Shown piece after piece: positions 29,573 through 39,042 of a stretch of DNA of 64,000 nt. A program made the position numbers and the translations under genes. The notes below the pieces were generated by a model that saw nothing but the letters and a program-made list of their open reading frames with translations, did not search any database and was not told the origin of the DNA. Position 1 is the first letter of the stretch. Every line of letters begins with the position of its first letter. The stretch lies in NCBI GenBank assembly GCA_000092065.1, contig CP000595.1; one strand, given 5' to 3'. The DNA is from Ostreococcus lucimarinus. Taxonomy: Eukaryota.

Positions 29573-30769
29573 TCATCCGGCATCTGTGACCCGTCGCCGT
29601 TCTTCGTCGATCTCCGGTAGCGACGCGTCCACGCGCGCCGCTCTGTGCGCTTCGTCATACAGTCGTCTGTGCTCTCGCCAGAAAGGCAAGATTTCGCGAA
29701 GGGAGACGTGCCCGCCGTCGGCGTCGTGTCGATGCCGATGTCGAGAAAGTGCGATTTCGAGACCGATTACCGCGTCGGCGTCCGGGAGAATCGGCATCGC
29801 TACTTTTTCCCAGGTGAGTCGTAGACTCTGCGCGTGTGGATGCTCTCGCTCAATCAGGAAGAGTATGACTTCCATGTTCCCATTTGACATGGCACAAAAG
29901 TACGTCTTCGCGTCCCAAGGACACCCGCGCTCGTGCGCGTACTTCAAACACTCCAAATGTCCATACTTGGCGGCATACCAGCACGTCTTCGCGTCCCAAG
30001 GACACCCTTGCTCGTGCGCGTACTTCAAACACTCCAAATGTCCATTCTTGGCGGCATACCAGCACGTCTCCTCGTCCCAAGGACACCCGCGCTTGTGCGC
30101 GTACTTCAAACACTCCAACTGTCCATTCGAGGCGGCATCACGGCACGTCCACACGTCCCAAGGACACCCGCGCTTGTGCGCGTACTTCAAACACTCCAAC
30201 TGTCCATTCGAGGCGGCATGCGCGCACGTCCACACGTCCCAAGGACACCCGCGCTCGTGCGCGTACTTCAAACACTCCAAATGTCCATTATTGGCGGCAA
30301 ATGAGCACGTCGACGTGTTCCAAGGACACCCGTTCTCGTGCGCGTACTTCAGACAGTCCAAATGTCCACCATCGGCGGCATCCATGCACGTCTTCTCGTC
30401 CCAAGGACACCCGTGCTCGTGCGCGTACTTCAAAATCCTAAAATATCCAGACGAGGCGGCATTCGCGCACGTCTTCGCGTTCCAAGGATACCCGAGCACG
30501 CGCGCCTCTACGAGAAGGTCCAACCTCCCCACGGCGGCGCACGCACCAGACACAGTTCCTTCCGCATCCTCTTCCGGTCGTATACCGTCGTCCAAGGTGG
30601 CGATAGCATCCTCAATTTCTTCTTCATACAAAGCGTTCACGTCTTCTTCCGCGATTGCCACGAGCGCGGCTCTCAAACGCGCCTGAACTTCACTCATGTG
30701 TGTCTCGCGAGTCGATGTGTGAGGACGCGCCGCCGATAATCGCGCTCGACCACTCGATGACATTTTCAA
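29573..30769 (-). CDS. Ankyrin-like repeat protein, copy B (eight 27-aa repeats)
   Basis: 398-aa paralogue of copy A. It has the same N-terminus (MKMSSSGRARLSAARPHTSTRETHMSEVQARLRAALVAIAEE) and C-terminus (...REILPFWREHRRLYDEAHRAARVDA.LPEIDEERRRVTDAG), plus three extra repeats. Confidence 0.75.
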   Translation of the reverse strand: MKMSSSGRARLSAARPHTSTRETHMSEVQARLRAALVAIAEEDVNALYEEEIEDAIATLDDGIRPEEDAEGTVSGACAAVGRLDLLVEARVLGYPWNAKTCANAASSGYFRILKYAHEHGCPWDEKTCMDAADGGHLDCLKYAHENGCPWNTSTCSFAANNGHLECLKYAHERGCPWDVWTCAHAASNGQLECLKYAHKRGCPWDVWTCRDAASNGQLECLKYAHKRGCPWDEETCWYAAKNGHLECLKYAHEQGCPWDAKTCWYAAKYGHLECLKYAHERGCPWDAKTYFCAMSNGNMEVILFLIEREHPHAQSLRLTWEKVAMPILPDADAVIGLEIALSRHRHRHDADGGHVSLREILPFWREHRRLYDEAHRAARVDASLPEIDEERRRVTDAG

Positions 30770-30887
30770 GCGCGATCGTATCGTACGACGCGGCGATTCA
30801 GTGACGATAAAGCGCTCGTGATTCTATAATCTATTCGAACGCGTCTACTTCTAGTCCTTCCGGCGCGCCATCGTCGCGACGGCGCGT

Positions 30888-31754
30888 CTAAACCTCTACG
30901 TCTAATCTCGCGAGCAAATCGTCAATGCGATGCAACGCCTCGCTCGCCGCCGGCGGACAAAACTGGCGCGCGCGCTCGAGCAAGTCGCGTATCTTCTCCG
31001 TATCCGCGGGTTTCCGTTCGTCCGCGGCGGATTTCAACAACCAAACCGCCGTCCTGTACGCATCATCCGCCAACGACGCGTCCGTATCGCTCCAACCCGT
31101 CTCCGAATCGGCGCCTTCGGCGTCGTGGAACTCGTCGCCGGCGTCGTCAAAGTCTCGCGAGTCGTCGAACTCGTCATCATCGCGCGAAACGAATTCGTCG
31201 TCATCACCCTCGTCCTCGTCCTCTTGTTCCAGCAAAGCTCGCGTCTGGGCGATCGTTTTCAACAACTTTTCCTTGGCCTCCGTCATCGAGCGAGGACAGC
31301 ACGACTCCGCGTACACAAATCTTCGCAACGCCTCGTTCAAATCGCCCCGTTTCAACGCGCGCACGCCAGCCTTAAACTCTTCATCCGCGATCACGGCGTC
31401 TTCATCGTCATCCCGCTCGTCGTCTTCATCGTCGACGTCCGAATCCCCCGAAGCCGCCGCCGCGCTCGCGTCGCCGTCTTCGTCCACTTCGCGCGCCCGT
31501 CGTCCCCACTCATCCTCCCCAGGTTTCGCCGCGCCGTAAATAACCGAACACGCATCCATCGCGTACCCTCGCCGCGCCCGCCGAGCCGCGTTTTCTTCAA
31601 TCTCTCGCTCCGCGCGTCGCATCAAATCCATTGGATTCTGATTTTGCATTTGATTCTGCGCTCGTTTCTGATTCTGATTCCGTCCTTCGCGCGCGCGCGC
31701 GCTCGACGCGCTCGCGCCGTCGTCGCGCGTCGCGTCGGCGACGCCGCGCTCCAT
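30888..31754 (-). CDS. Hypothetical acidic (D/E-rich) protein
   Basis: ORF 30888..31859 (track start is GTG). First ATG at 31754 (MERGVADATRDDG...). Contains long D/E tracts and helical segments (ALRRFVYAESCCPRSMTEAKEKLLKTIAQTRALLEQ). No family recognised. Confidence 0.45.
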   Translation of the reverse strand: MERGVADATRDDGASASSARAREGRNQNQKRAQNQMQNQNPMDLMRRAEREIEENAARRARRGYAMDACSVIYGAAKPGEDEWGRRAREVDEDGDASAAAASGDSDVDDEDDERDDDEDAVIADEEFKAGVRALKRGDLNEALRRFVYAESCCPRSMTEAKEKLLKTIAQTRALLEQEDEDEGDDDEFVSRDDDEFDDSRDFDDAGDEFHDAEGADSETGWSDTDASLADDAYRTAVWLLKSAADERKPADTEKIRDLLERARQFCPPAASEALHRIDDLLARLDVEV

Positions 31755-31951
31755 GTCGACGGACTCCCGCGCGGACGCGCGCGACGAAGTGACGCGAACG
31801 AATCCAATCCAATCCAATCCACACCGGTCGGTCGCCGTCTCGGGACGACATGGGGACACCTCTCAGACGGCACTCTGAGACGCGCCGCTCGCTCGAACGA
31901 ACGAACGAACGAACGCGACCGAACGAAAAAAACGAACGAACGAAACCCTTC

Positions 31952-32938
31952 ATGCTCTGCTCCGCGCTGAACGCGCGAACGACGACGTGCGGACGAACGA
32001 CGACGATGCGAGGCCTGGCGTTGGGAAGACGCGCGGCGCGCGTCGGCGCGCGAGGCGTCGGGACGACGACGCGCGCGTCGCAGGCGGAATCTCAAACCGC
32101 GACGAGCGAACAACAACAGGGAGAACAATCTCAGCAAGGTGGTTTGCAGCGACAGCAAGAGCAGAAGCGAGCGCTGGCGCGGTCGCCGTTGTCTTCTATG
32201 ATGGCGTTTCCGAGTCTGATGTCGGGCATGACGCCGTTCGGGTTGTCGAGAAGCATGCAGAGAGAGATGGCGAACATGATGAACTTGATGGATGACATGA
32301 TGACGGGCGGGGCTCTGGCGCCGTTTGAGACGCTGGATCCGTTTAAGATCACGATGCACGCCGATCACACGCAAGGGGTGCCTCAACAAATCTTGAACTT
32401 TCCGATGGGTACGACGACGACGACGACGACGCGAGCGAGCGAGAGCAAACGAGAGCGGGACGAAACCTTGAATCACGAGCGAGCGAGAGCAAACGAGAGC
32501 GAGACGAAGCCTCGAATCACGACGTGAACGACTGACGTTTGACTCATCGTCGACCCTTTCCGCGCACCACCAGACGTGATTCAAAAGAAGGACAAGTACA
32601 TCGTCAAGGCTGATTTACCGGGCCTGTCGATGAAGGATGTCAGCGTCGAGGTGGACGAAAAGAATCGCATCTTACACGTCACGGCAAAGCGCGAGCACCG
32701 AGCCGAAGAACAAGACGAAACCGTGGACAAGGGCGCGAAGTGGGTCGCGTACGAACGGTTCTACGGCAAGATGGATCGCTCGTTCGGCCTTCCCGAAGAC
32801 GCGGTGGCGGAAAAAGACGCCATCAACTGTCGATTGGTGAACGGCGAGCTCACGGTGTCCATCAAGCGCAACCCGCCGCAGGAGGAAGAGGCCGAGAAGC
32901 AGGCGCCGCGCACGAAGATTCCGATCATGGATCACTAA
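31952..32938 (+). CDS. Small heat-shock protein (HSP20/alpha-crystallin) with organellar presequence and Met-rich N-domain (chloroplast HSP21-like); two exons (31952..32408, 32574..32938) with a 165-nt intron
   Basis: Exon 1 reads MLCSALNARTTTCGRTTTMRGLALGRRAAR...SPLSSMMAFPSLMSGMTPFGLSRSMQREMANMMNLMDDMMTGG...ILNFPM(G). The donor is GTACGA; the intron contains CGACTGACG 40 nt before CAG. Exon 2 carries the ACD: DVIQKKDKYIVKADLPGLSMKDVSVEVDEKNRILHVTAKRE...KWVAYERFYGKMDRSFGLPEDAVAEKDAINCRLVNGELTVSI. The join completes a GAC (Asp) codon. Confidence 0.8.
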
Positions 32939-33136
32939 AGCAGTGTGTGTGGTCGTGATCCAGGCCGGACAATCAAGACTTTGCGTTCGCGAATCGCTGG
33001 TTCGCGAGCGTCGATACGGTAGTCTCGAACTCATTTTAGTTTTGTCTTTTCATCACATCACATCACATTAGATCTCCGGATCAGATGGAGAATAACTACG
33101 AGCCATACTCTCATCATCGTTATCATAAACTACGTC

Positions 33137-34780
33137 CTAGCACCACTCGATCGTCGACGGAGGCTTGCTACTCACGTCCAAGACGACGCGATTCACTTCC
33201 TTGACTTGGTTCGTGATGCGCGTGCTGACCTCCTTCAAGAAATCGGTCTCGAACGGGAACCAATCCGCCGTCATGCCGTCGGCCGAAGTCACCGCACGCA
33301 AGCCGATGACGAAGGAGTGCGTCCGTTGATCGCCCTGAACGCCGACGGTGCGAATCGGCAAAAACACGGCGAACGCTTGCCAAATGTCGTCGTAAATCCC
33401 GAATTCACGAATGGTGTTGATGTAAATCTCGTCCGCGCGTCTCAAAATATCTAACGCGTTGTCCGCGGTGACGTCACCGAGGATGCGCACCGCGAGCCCC
33501 GGTCCCGGGAACGGGTGGCGCGCCAAAAACGCGCGCGGCACGTCCATGATGGCGCCCAACTTGCGAACTTCATCCTTGAAAAGCATGCGAAGCGGCTCGA
33601 CGAGCTCGAAACCGAGTTCTTTGGGCAAGCCGCCGACGTTGTGGTGCGACTTGATCGTGTGCGAGTGCTTTTGATCGCTGCCCGGGGGCGGACACGACTC
33701 GATGACATCCGGGTACAGCGTCCCTTGCACCAAAAACGTCGGGCGCACGCCCGTGCGCTTTTCAATCTCACCCTTGAAGTTTTTAAAGCACTCGATGAAC
33801 TCGGCGCCGATGATTTTGCGCTTCTTCTCCGGATCAGTCACGCCCTTGAGACGCGTGAGCATTTGCTCGGAGTGATCGACGCAATCCACGGGGAGGTGCA
33901 AGTTGTCGCGAAACATCTCCATGACGCGCTCTTGCTCCTTGTATCGCAACAACCCGTTGTCGACAAAGACGCAGTGCAAGCGATCGCCGATGGCTTTGTG
34001 CACCAGCGTCGCCGCGACGGCGGAGTCGACGCCACCGGACAAGGCGCAGATGACGTGCGCGTCCGGGCCGACTTTTTCCTTGACGATGGCGATTTGTTCC
34101 TCGAGCACGTTCGCCATCGACCACCCGGCGCTCACGCCCGCGACGTCGAATAAGAACCTTCTCAGGGTGTCCAACCCTTTTTCGCTGTGCGTCACCTCGG
34201 GATGATACTGCAACCCGAACAACTTTCGCTTCGGGTCCTCGATGGCGACCACCGCGCCCGCCTCTGATTTCCCCACGCACGCGAATCCCTCCGGCAGCTT
34301 CGTCGCCTCGTCCCCGTGCGACATCCACACCTGCTCGCGCTCGCCCGCCTTCGACCCTTGGCCGTACAGCACCGAATCCGAGCTCTCATACACCACCGGC
34401 ATGCGTCCGTACTCCCCCTTCCCGCGCGCCGCCTCCACGACGCCGCCGAGTCGCTGCACCAAGAGCTGCATCCCGTAACAGATCCCCAGCACCGGTATCG
34501 ACTCGCGCGCGCAGTACTCGAAGAACCCCTCCGGCACGCTCGGCGCATCGTCCACGTGCACCGAATTCGGTCCTCCCGACAGCACGATCACCCTCGGCGC
34601 GTGGCTCTCGATCCGCTTCAAATCCGCATCCCCCGGCAGCAAGATCGAGTACACGCCGAGCTCGCGCACGCGTCGCGTGATCAATTGCGTGTACTGCGAC
34701 CCGTAGTCGAGGACGACGCACGCATCCACGCCATCGGTCGCGGTCTTTCGCTTCTTCGCGCACGTCGGCGACGGCGCCAT
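33137..34780 (-). CDS. GMPS: GMP synthase [glutamine-hydrolysing] (GATase-1 + ATP-PPase)
   Basis: VVLDYGSQYTQLITRRVRELGV...GICYGMQLL; ALSGGVDSAVAATLVHKAIGDRLHCVFVDNGLLR; C-terminal ...VLDVSSKPPSTIEWC. ATG at 34780 (MAPSPTCAKKRKT); the track ORF extends 15 codons further. Confidence 0.9.
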   Translation of the reverse strand: MAPSPTCAKKRKTATDGVDACVVLDYGSQYTQLITRRVRELGVYSILLPGDADLKRIESHAPRVIVLSGGPNSVHVDDAPSVPEGFFEYCARESIPVLGICYGMQLLVQRLGGVVEAARGKGEYGRMPVVYESSDSVLYGQGSKAGEREQVWMSHGDEATKLPEGFACVGKSEAGAVVAIEDPKRKLFGLQYHPEVTHSEKGLDTLRRFLFDVAGVSAGWSMANVLEEQIAIVKEKVGPDAHVICALSGGVDSAVAATLVHKAIGDRLHCVFVDNGLLRYKEQERVMEMFRDNLHLPVDCVDHSEQMLTRLKGVTDPEKKRKIIGAEFIECFKNFKGEIEKRTGVRPTFLVQGTLYPDVIESCPPPGSDQKHSHTIKSHHNVGGLPKELGFELVEPLRMLFKDEVRKLGAIMDVPRAFLARHPFPGPGLAVRILGDVTADNALDILRRADEIYINTIREFGIYDDIWQAFAVFLPIRTVGVQGDQRTHSFVIGLRAVTSADGMTADWFPFETDFLKEVSTRITNQVKEVNRVVLDVSSKPPSTIEWC

Positions 34781-34820
34781 CGTCCGTCGGTGTGTGTCGC
34801 CGTCGCCGCCGCCGCCGTCG

Positions 34821-34850
34821 TTCAAATTTTTGTTTTTTTGAAAAAAATTC
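34821..34850. promoter_or_regulatory. Isolated AT-only palindromic island (ttcaaatttttgtttttttgaaaaaaattc) in the GMPS / 35226-gene divergent promoter
   Basis: The only 30-nt stretch with zero G/C for kilobases around, with T7-G-A7 symmetry. Lies 40 nt upstream of the GMPS ATG. Confidence 0.3.
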
Positions 34851-35225
34851 GCCAGCGCGGGGCGCGGCGTCGATTATTGGTGGCGCGCGCGTCGCGCGGG
34901 CGCGACCGACGGTTCGCGCGGTCGGCGGTTCGCGCGCGGCGCGGCGATCGGACGGCGCGCGACGCGCGGCGTCGCGCGAACGAACGCGGCAAAAAATCGC
35001 CAAACGGCTTTAGGCGCACGCGAAGAAAAAGCTTCGAAACTGCACGGTCGAACGCGACGCGCGTCGTGGGTCGGCTCGCGCGGCGATGGGCGACAGAGTT
35101 ACGGTTTTTTCGCCGCGAGGGGGACGAAGCGACGAATCGTCGAATCGACGCGAACGACGCGCGCGGCACACCGCGACGCGCGACGCGAGCGACGCGAACG
35201 ACGCGAACGCTTCGCGAACGAAACG

Positions 35226-36548
35226 ATGGCGAGCGCGACGACCAAGGCGACGCGTCGACGGTTGAGCTGGCGCGACGCGCTGGACGAGACGCGGACGTAC
35301 GACGACGACGACGGGGACGGCGCGAAGGACGGATGGGCGCGGCGCGGTGGCGCCGCGGACGAAGAGAACGCGACCGCGCGACGAGCGAAGGGTCAAAAAA
35401 CGAGCGCGTCGCCTCGGAGAGCGCTCGCCGCGGTGGATGCGAACGCGACGATGACGTCGCCGACGACGCGATGCAACACGTTTTTGGCGGGGTCGACGCC
35501 GGGGGCGATGAGCGCCAAGCACGCGTCGCGGGTGCGCGCGCTCGTGGAGGTGGATGAACCGGAGGAGGAAGCGGAGGTGGCGGAGATTTCGTTTGACTTC
35601 GAGGACGAGAGCGCGATGATGTCGCCGGCGTCGGTGGACGACGCCGAACTCGAGTCGGATTCCACGGGCGACGTCACGGTGGTGATGTCGAGCAAGCGAG
35701 GAAGGCTGTCGCGCGTGAACGAGACGTTCAACGTGTTCAAATCGCTCGCACAGCTGGCGATATCGCCGTCAGAGTTGGACGTCTCCAAGCGACGCGCGCC
35801 GACGCCGATGAACACGCCGGCGACGACGTTGACGTTCGACGACGACGTGGATTCGCCCGTCGTGCAAGCGAGAACCGAAGCCGATTTGCGCGACACGGTT
35901 GAGAAAATTGCCAGCTCTTTGGTGGACGTCGAAGACGTGATGTCGTCTTATACGACCAGAGTTCGCGCGCACCGCGTCGCGAAGGCGCTCGGGGCGGCGA
36001 TTTTCATGCTCGCCATTTCCGCTCGATTATACTTTGCCTGGAACGTCGCCATCGCGGCGTTCCGTCCGCGGTACGCGATCGATGGAACCGCGTTCGCGTA
36101 TCGTTGGTTTTGGCGTTCACGAACGAATTGGAACGTCCCGTTCGCGTTCGCGGGGTACGCTTCGTACGGTGAGTTTATGATTCAAAGGGCGCTCGACGTC
36201 GAGTCGCGGCGAGCGATGACGCGCGCGGCGGCGTTTCGAGCCGCCGTGAGCGCCACGAGGCGCGTCGCCGTCGTTTTGGCGTACATCAGCGGCGTTTTCG
36301 GAATTTTTGGGGTAGTCGCGAAGGCGAGCGAGGACCCCCATCCGGGCGAGACGACGAAGCGCGGCGCGACGTCGCCGTTCGTCTTCGTGCCGAAAGTCAT
36401 GATGATGATGACGACGACGACGGACCCAGAGCGGCCTCGGCGGCCCTCTTTTGGTGCGTCCGCTGTTTTGGATACTTCCGATCGCACATCATCGACGCAC
36501 CGGGAAATGGACGGCGAAGCCGACGAGTTCGCCGTCGTGCGCGTGTAA
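35226..36548 (+). CDS. Hypothetical membrane protein (acidic N-terminal half, several predicted TM helices in the C-terminal half)
   Basis: 440-aa ORF with a true ATG. Hydrophobic segments AIFMLAISARLYFAWNVAIAAF, VAVVLAYISGVFGIFGVVA. No family recognised. Confidence 0.5.
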   Translation: MASATTKATRRRLSWRDALDETRTYDDDDGDGAKDGWARRGGAADEENATARRAKGQKTSASPRRALAAVDANATMTSPTTRCNTFLAGSTPGAMSAKHASRVRALVEVDEPEEEAEVAEISFDFEDESAMMSPASVDDAELESDSTGDVTVVMSSKRGRLSRVNETFNVFKSLAQLAISPSELDVSKRRAPTPMNTPATTLTFDDDVDSPVVQARTEADLRDTVEKIASSLVDVEDVMSSYTTRVRAHRVAKALGAAIFMLAISARLYFAWNVAIAAFRPRYAIDGTAFAYRWFWRSRTNWNVPFAFAGYASYGEFMIQRALDVESRRAMTRAAAFRAAVSATRRVAVVLAYISGVFGIFGVVAKASEDPHPGETTKRGATSPFVFVPKVMMMMTTTTDPERPRRPSFGASAVLDTSDRTSSTHREMDGEADEFAVVRV

Positions 36549-36828
36549 AATAATTTCAGATTTCAGACGTGGACTTCTTTTGTAATAAAACACACCACAC
36601 GAAGTGAAGTCAAGTCAACACGTGGATCGCCGATGCACGCATGGACTGACGGGTACGAAATCAGTGAGGTGAATAAATCAAAAACCAAAAAGAAGAATCG
36701 TAAGAATCGTTTAAGTACCAGATATCAACGCACAAAACGTGTACGAGCGTTCGGCGCTCAAACGCAGGCTGGTGGAAATCACAGAAAAGAACCCGAAAAA
36801 GAACAAAAGAACAAAAGAATCAAAAGAA

Positions 36829-37002
36829 TACCGGCGCAGGGGCTCGAACCCTGGACCACAAGCTTTCGCTACGCGAAACCTGAGAATGCGATTGGGAGCG
36901 CGAACTCCCCGCTTCGCTCGGATTTATTTTTTCGGACCCGATATTCATCGGGAAACCTCATATATTAAGAGGCTTGCGCTCTACCAACTGAGCTACGTCG
37001 GC
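36829..37002 (-). tRNA. tRNA-Lys (anticodon CUU) with an intron of ~100 nt between positions 37 and 38
   Basis: Minus-strand sequence. Acceptor GCCGACG; D-arm UAGCUCAGUUGGUAGAGC; anticodon stem-loop G-CAAGC-CUCUUA; an intervening sequence of about 101 nt; then A-GCUUG, variable loop UGGUC, T-arm CAGGGUUCGAGCCCCUG, acceptor CGCCGGU and discriminator A. One A-C mismatch in the acceptor stem (5:68). Boundaries are within 2 nt. Confidence 0.7.
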
Positions 37003-37175
37003 TAATGATGACAGAAATAAGCTAAAATCGTCCCCACCGATCGTCGCGCTGGCGATCGATGTTTGTTATGGGTTGAAGCGTAGTAGACGTCGGCGTCCAG
37101 AAGAAGCGCGCGGTCATCCCGCGACGTCGCCGGAACGAACGCTCTCTCAATTCGAATCGACACTGGATTACAATC

Positions 37176-37196
37176 AATCAATCAATCAATCAAAAC
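37176..37196. repeat. (CAAT)n microsatellite
   Basis: caatcaatcaatcaatcaa lies just downstream of the PAGM stop. Confidence 0.8.
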
Positions 37197-37198
37197 TA

Positions 37199-38915
37199 CT
37201 ACCCGCAGTGCGCCTCGACGGCTCGAACGATCGCCCTTGTCGTCTCCTCGACGCGCGTCTCTTCGCTCGCCTCGACGTAGACGCGAACGCAATCCTCCGT
37301 ACCGCTCGGACGCACGAACGCGCGACATCGAGCGTCGTTCGACGCTCGCACGATGGCGTCGATGGCGTCCTGGAGACCCTCCGGCTCGGCGACGCGGCGC
37401 TCGGCGTCAAAGGTTTGAATCTTCGTCCTGTCCGCGACGACGACTTTGGTTTGTCTCGAGGGCAAATCTTTGTAAAACGATCCCAAACGAGGCGCCTTGA
37501 CGGTTCGCCGTAATATGGCCTCGACGAGTAAGATGCCGCTCATGGCGTCGCCCACGGAGGGATTGATGACCCGCTGCGCGTTCGTCAACGCCAAGAGCGC
37601 CTTGACGGCGGGCATGTCGCGAGCCACCAGCGCCTCCACCGTCGCGTCCTCGATCGCCTTGCTCGCGCTCGGGGAAAACAAAGCCGTCCCGTGGCCGTTC
37701 GATTCGAAGTACACCCCTATGTCGAATTCCTCCGCTCGATGGTGCAGGTGTTTCACCCCCGTCGGCACGCACGCCGGCGCCGCGCCGAGCTCGCGAGTCA
37801 AAAACTCCGTCGACGCTCCGTTGGCGTACGCCGTTTGCACGACGCCCACGGTGATGTCATTCAAATACGGTGCCGCTTCTTTGACGCGCGCGTTCATCCA
37901 GCACGCGATGAGCACCGCCAATTGATCGCCGTCGACCAAATCGACGCCCCCAGCGGCCGTCGTTTGAAAATAAACCAGTCGGTCCGCGTCGCCGTCGATG
38001 GACACGCACCGCGTGCCCGCGGGCAAGTTTTCAAAACCTCCGCGGGTCGGGATAGTTTTTCCCTTTTGCACGAAATCGCTACCGACGCCGTCGTTCAGCG
38101 ACGACGTCGGCTCGTCGCCTCGGTTTCGCAAATCAAACGCGAGCCCGTACGGCGCCACCGCTTCGCCGAGCGACGACAACTTCACACCGCCCACGCCGTC
38201 CGCGCAATCGATCACCACCGTCGCGCCGTGATCGTCGTCTTCGTCCTCGTCTTCGTCCCTCTCCGTCAGCGCGGCGTATCCCGCGGACAAGCGATCGTAA
38301 TACGCGCGCTCCGAGTCGTCGGCGCCGACGTTCGCGCAATACACGTAATAGTGCAACTGCGGCGTCGTCGCGATCCCGCGATCGACGGCCTCGACGCCCA
38401 TCGCGTGCACGCCCGCCAGCGTCGCGTCCGCGAGCGCGCGTCCGCTCTCTCGCGTGTCTCTCGCCACGAAGACGCGCGCCGACGCGTTCGCCGACGCCGC
38501 GTCCGCCGGCGCCGCCGTCGCCATCGCCTCTCGCAGCGCCCGCACCTGCGTCTCCGCGTCCCCGTCCTCGGCGTTCGCTAACATCTCCGCCACGCCCTCG
38601 AGCGCCATCGGCAGCGTCCCTCCCGACGGTTCCACGAGCTTCACGCCGTTATCCGACGCCGGGTTGTGGCTCGCCGTCACCACCATCCCCGTCGTCTTCC
38701 CCCCGTGCGCCATCGCTCGCGCCGCGGCGAACGCGCCCGCTCGAAAGCACGTCGATCGCAACGCCGTCGCCGTCGTTCGGAATCCCGCCGTGCCGTACGC
38801 GAACCGCGTCGGCGCCGATCGATCTCCATCGTCTTCGCGTCGCGGCTTCGCGTGCTTCACCGTCGCCTCGGCGTACGATCGCGCCCAGGGCTCGCGCGCG
38901 GCGTCCGCGGACATC
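37199..38915 (-). CDS. AGM1: Phosphoacetylglucosamine mutase (AGM1/PGM3; UDP-GlcNAc pathway)
   Basis: FAYGTAGFRT...GMVVTASHNPASDNGVKLVEPSGG; SIDGDADRLVYF; VVQTAYANGASTEFL; C-terminal RAFVRPSGTEDCVRVYVEASEE. The track ORF is 909 aa, but the upstream 337 codons are R/A/S-rich filler. First plausible ATG at 38915 (MSADAAREPWARSYAEA). Confidence 0.85.
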
Positions 38916-38984
38916 GCTCGGCGTCGCGTCGCGTCGCGGCGCGCCGTCGTCGCCGCGCGGCGTCGCGTCGTGCCGAATCCACCC

Positions 38985-39010
38985 ATTCGTCCATCCATCC
39001 ATCCATCCAT
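38985..39010. repeat. (CATC)n microsatellite in the PAGM promoter
   Basis: tccatccatccatccatccatcc. Confidence 0.8.
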
Positions 39011-39042
39011 CCGTCGTCTTCCGCACAGCGCGACGCCGCGCG

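Larger units (their letters stand above)
28501..30834. repeat. Tandem segmental duplication (units ~1040 bp and ~1294 bp), each carrying an ankyrin-like gene plus ~65 bp of shared 5' flank, with internal 81-bp tandem repeat arrays
   Basis: Long identical stretches at both unit ends (for example tcgatgacattttcaagcgcgatcgtatcgtacgacgcggcgattcagtgacgataaa at 29476 and 30770; gtcatccggcatctgtgacccgtcgccgttcttcgtcgatctccggtag at 28521 and 29572). Confidence 0.85.

Noticed and set aside
28840-30480. 81-bp direct-repeat arrays as a CRISPR-like array
   Set aside because: The repeats are in-frame coding repeats of two ankyrin-like ORFs in a eukaryotic genome, with no spacers and no cas context.
28501-30834. 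Viral or horizontally acquired origin of the ankyrin-like gene pair
   Set aside because: GC content, codon style and flanking architecture are indistinguishable from neighbouring host genes. No integrase, capsid or terminal repeats.
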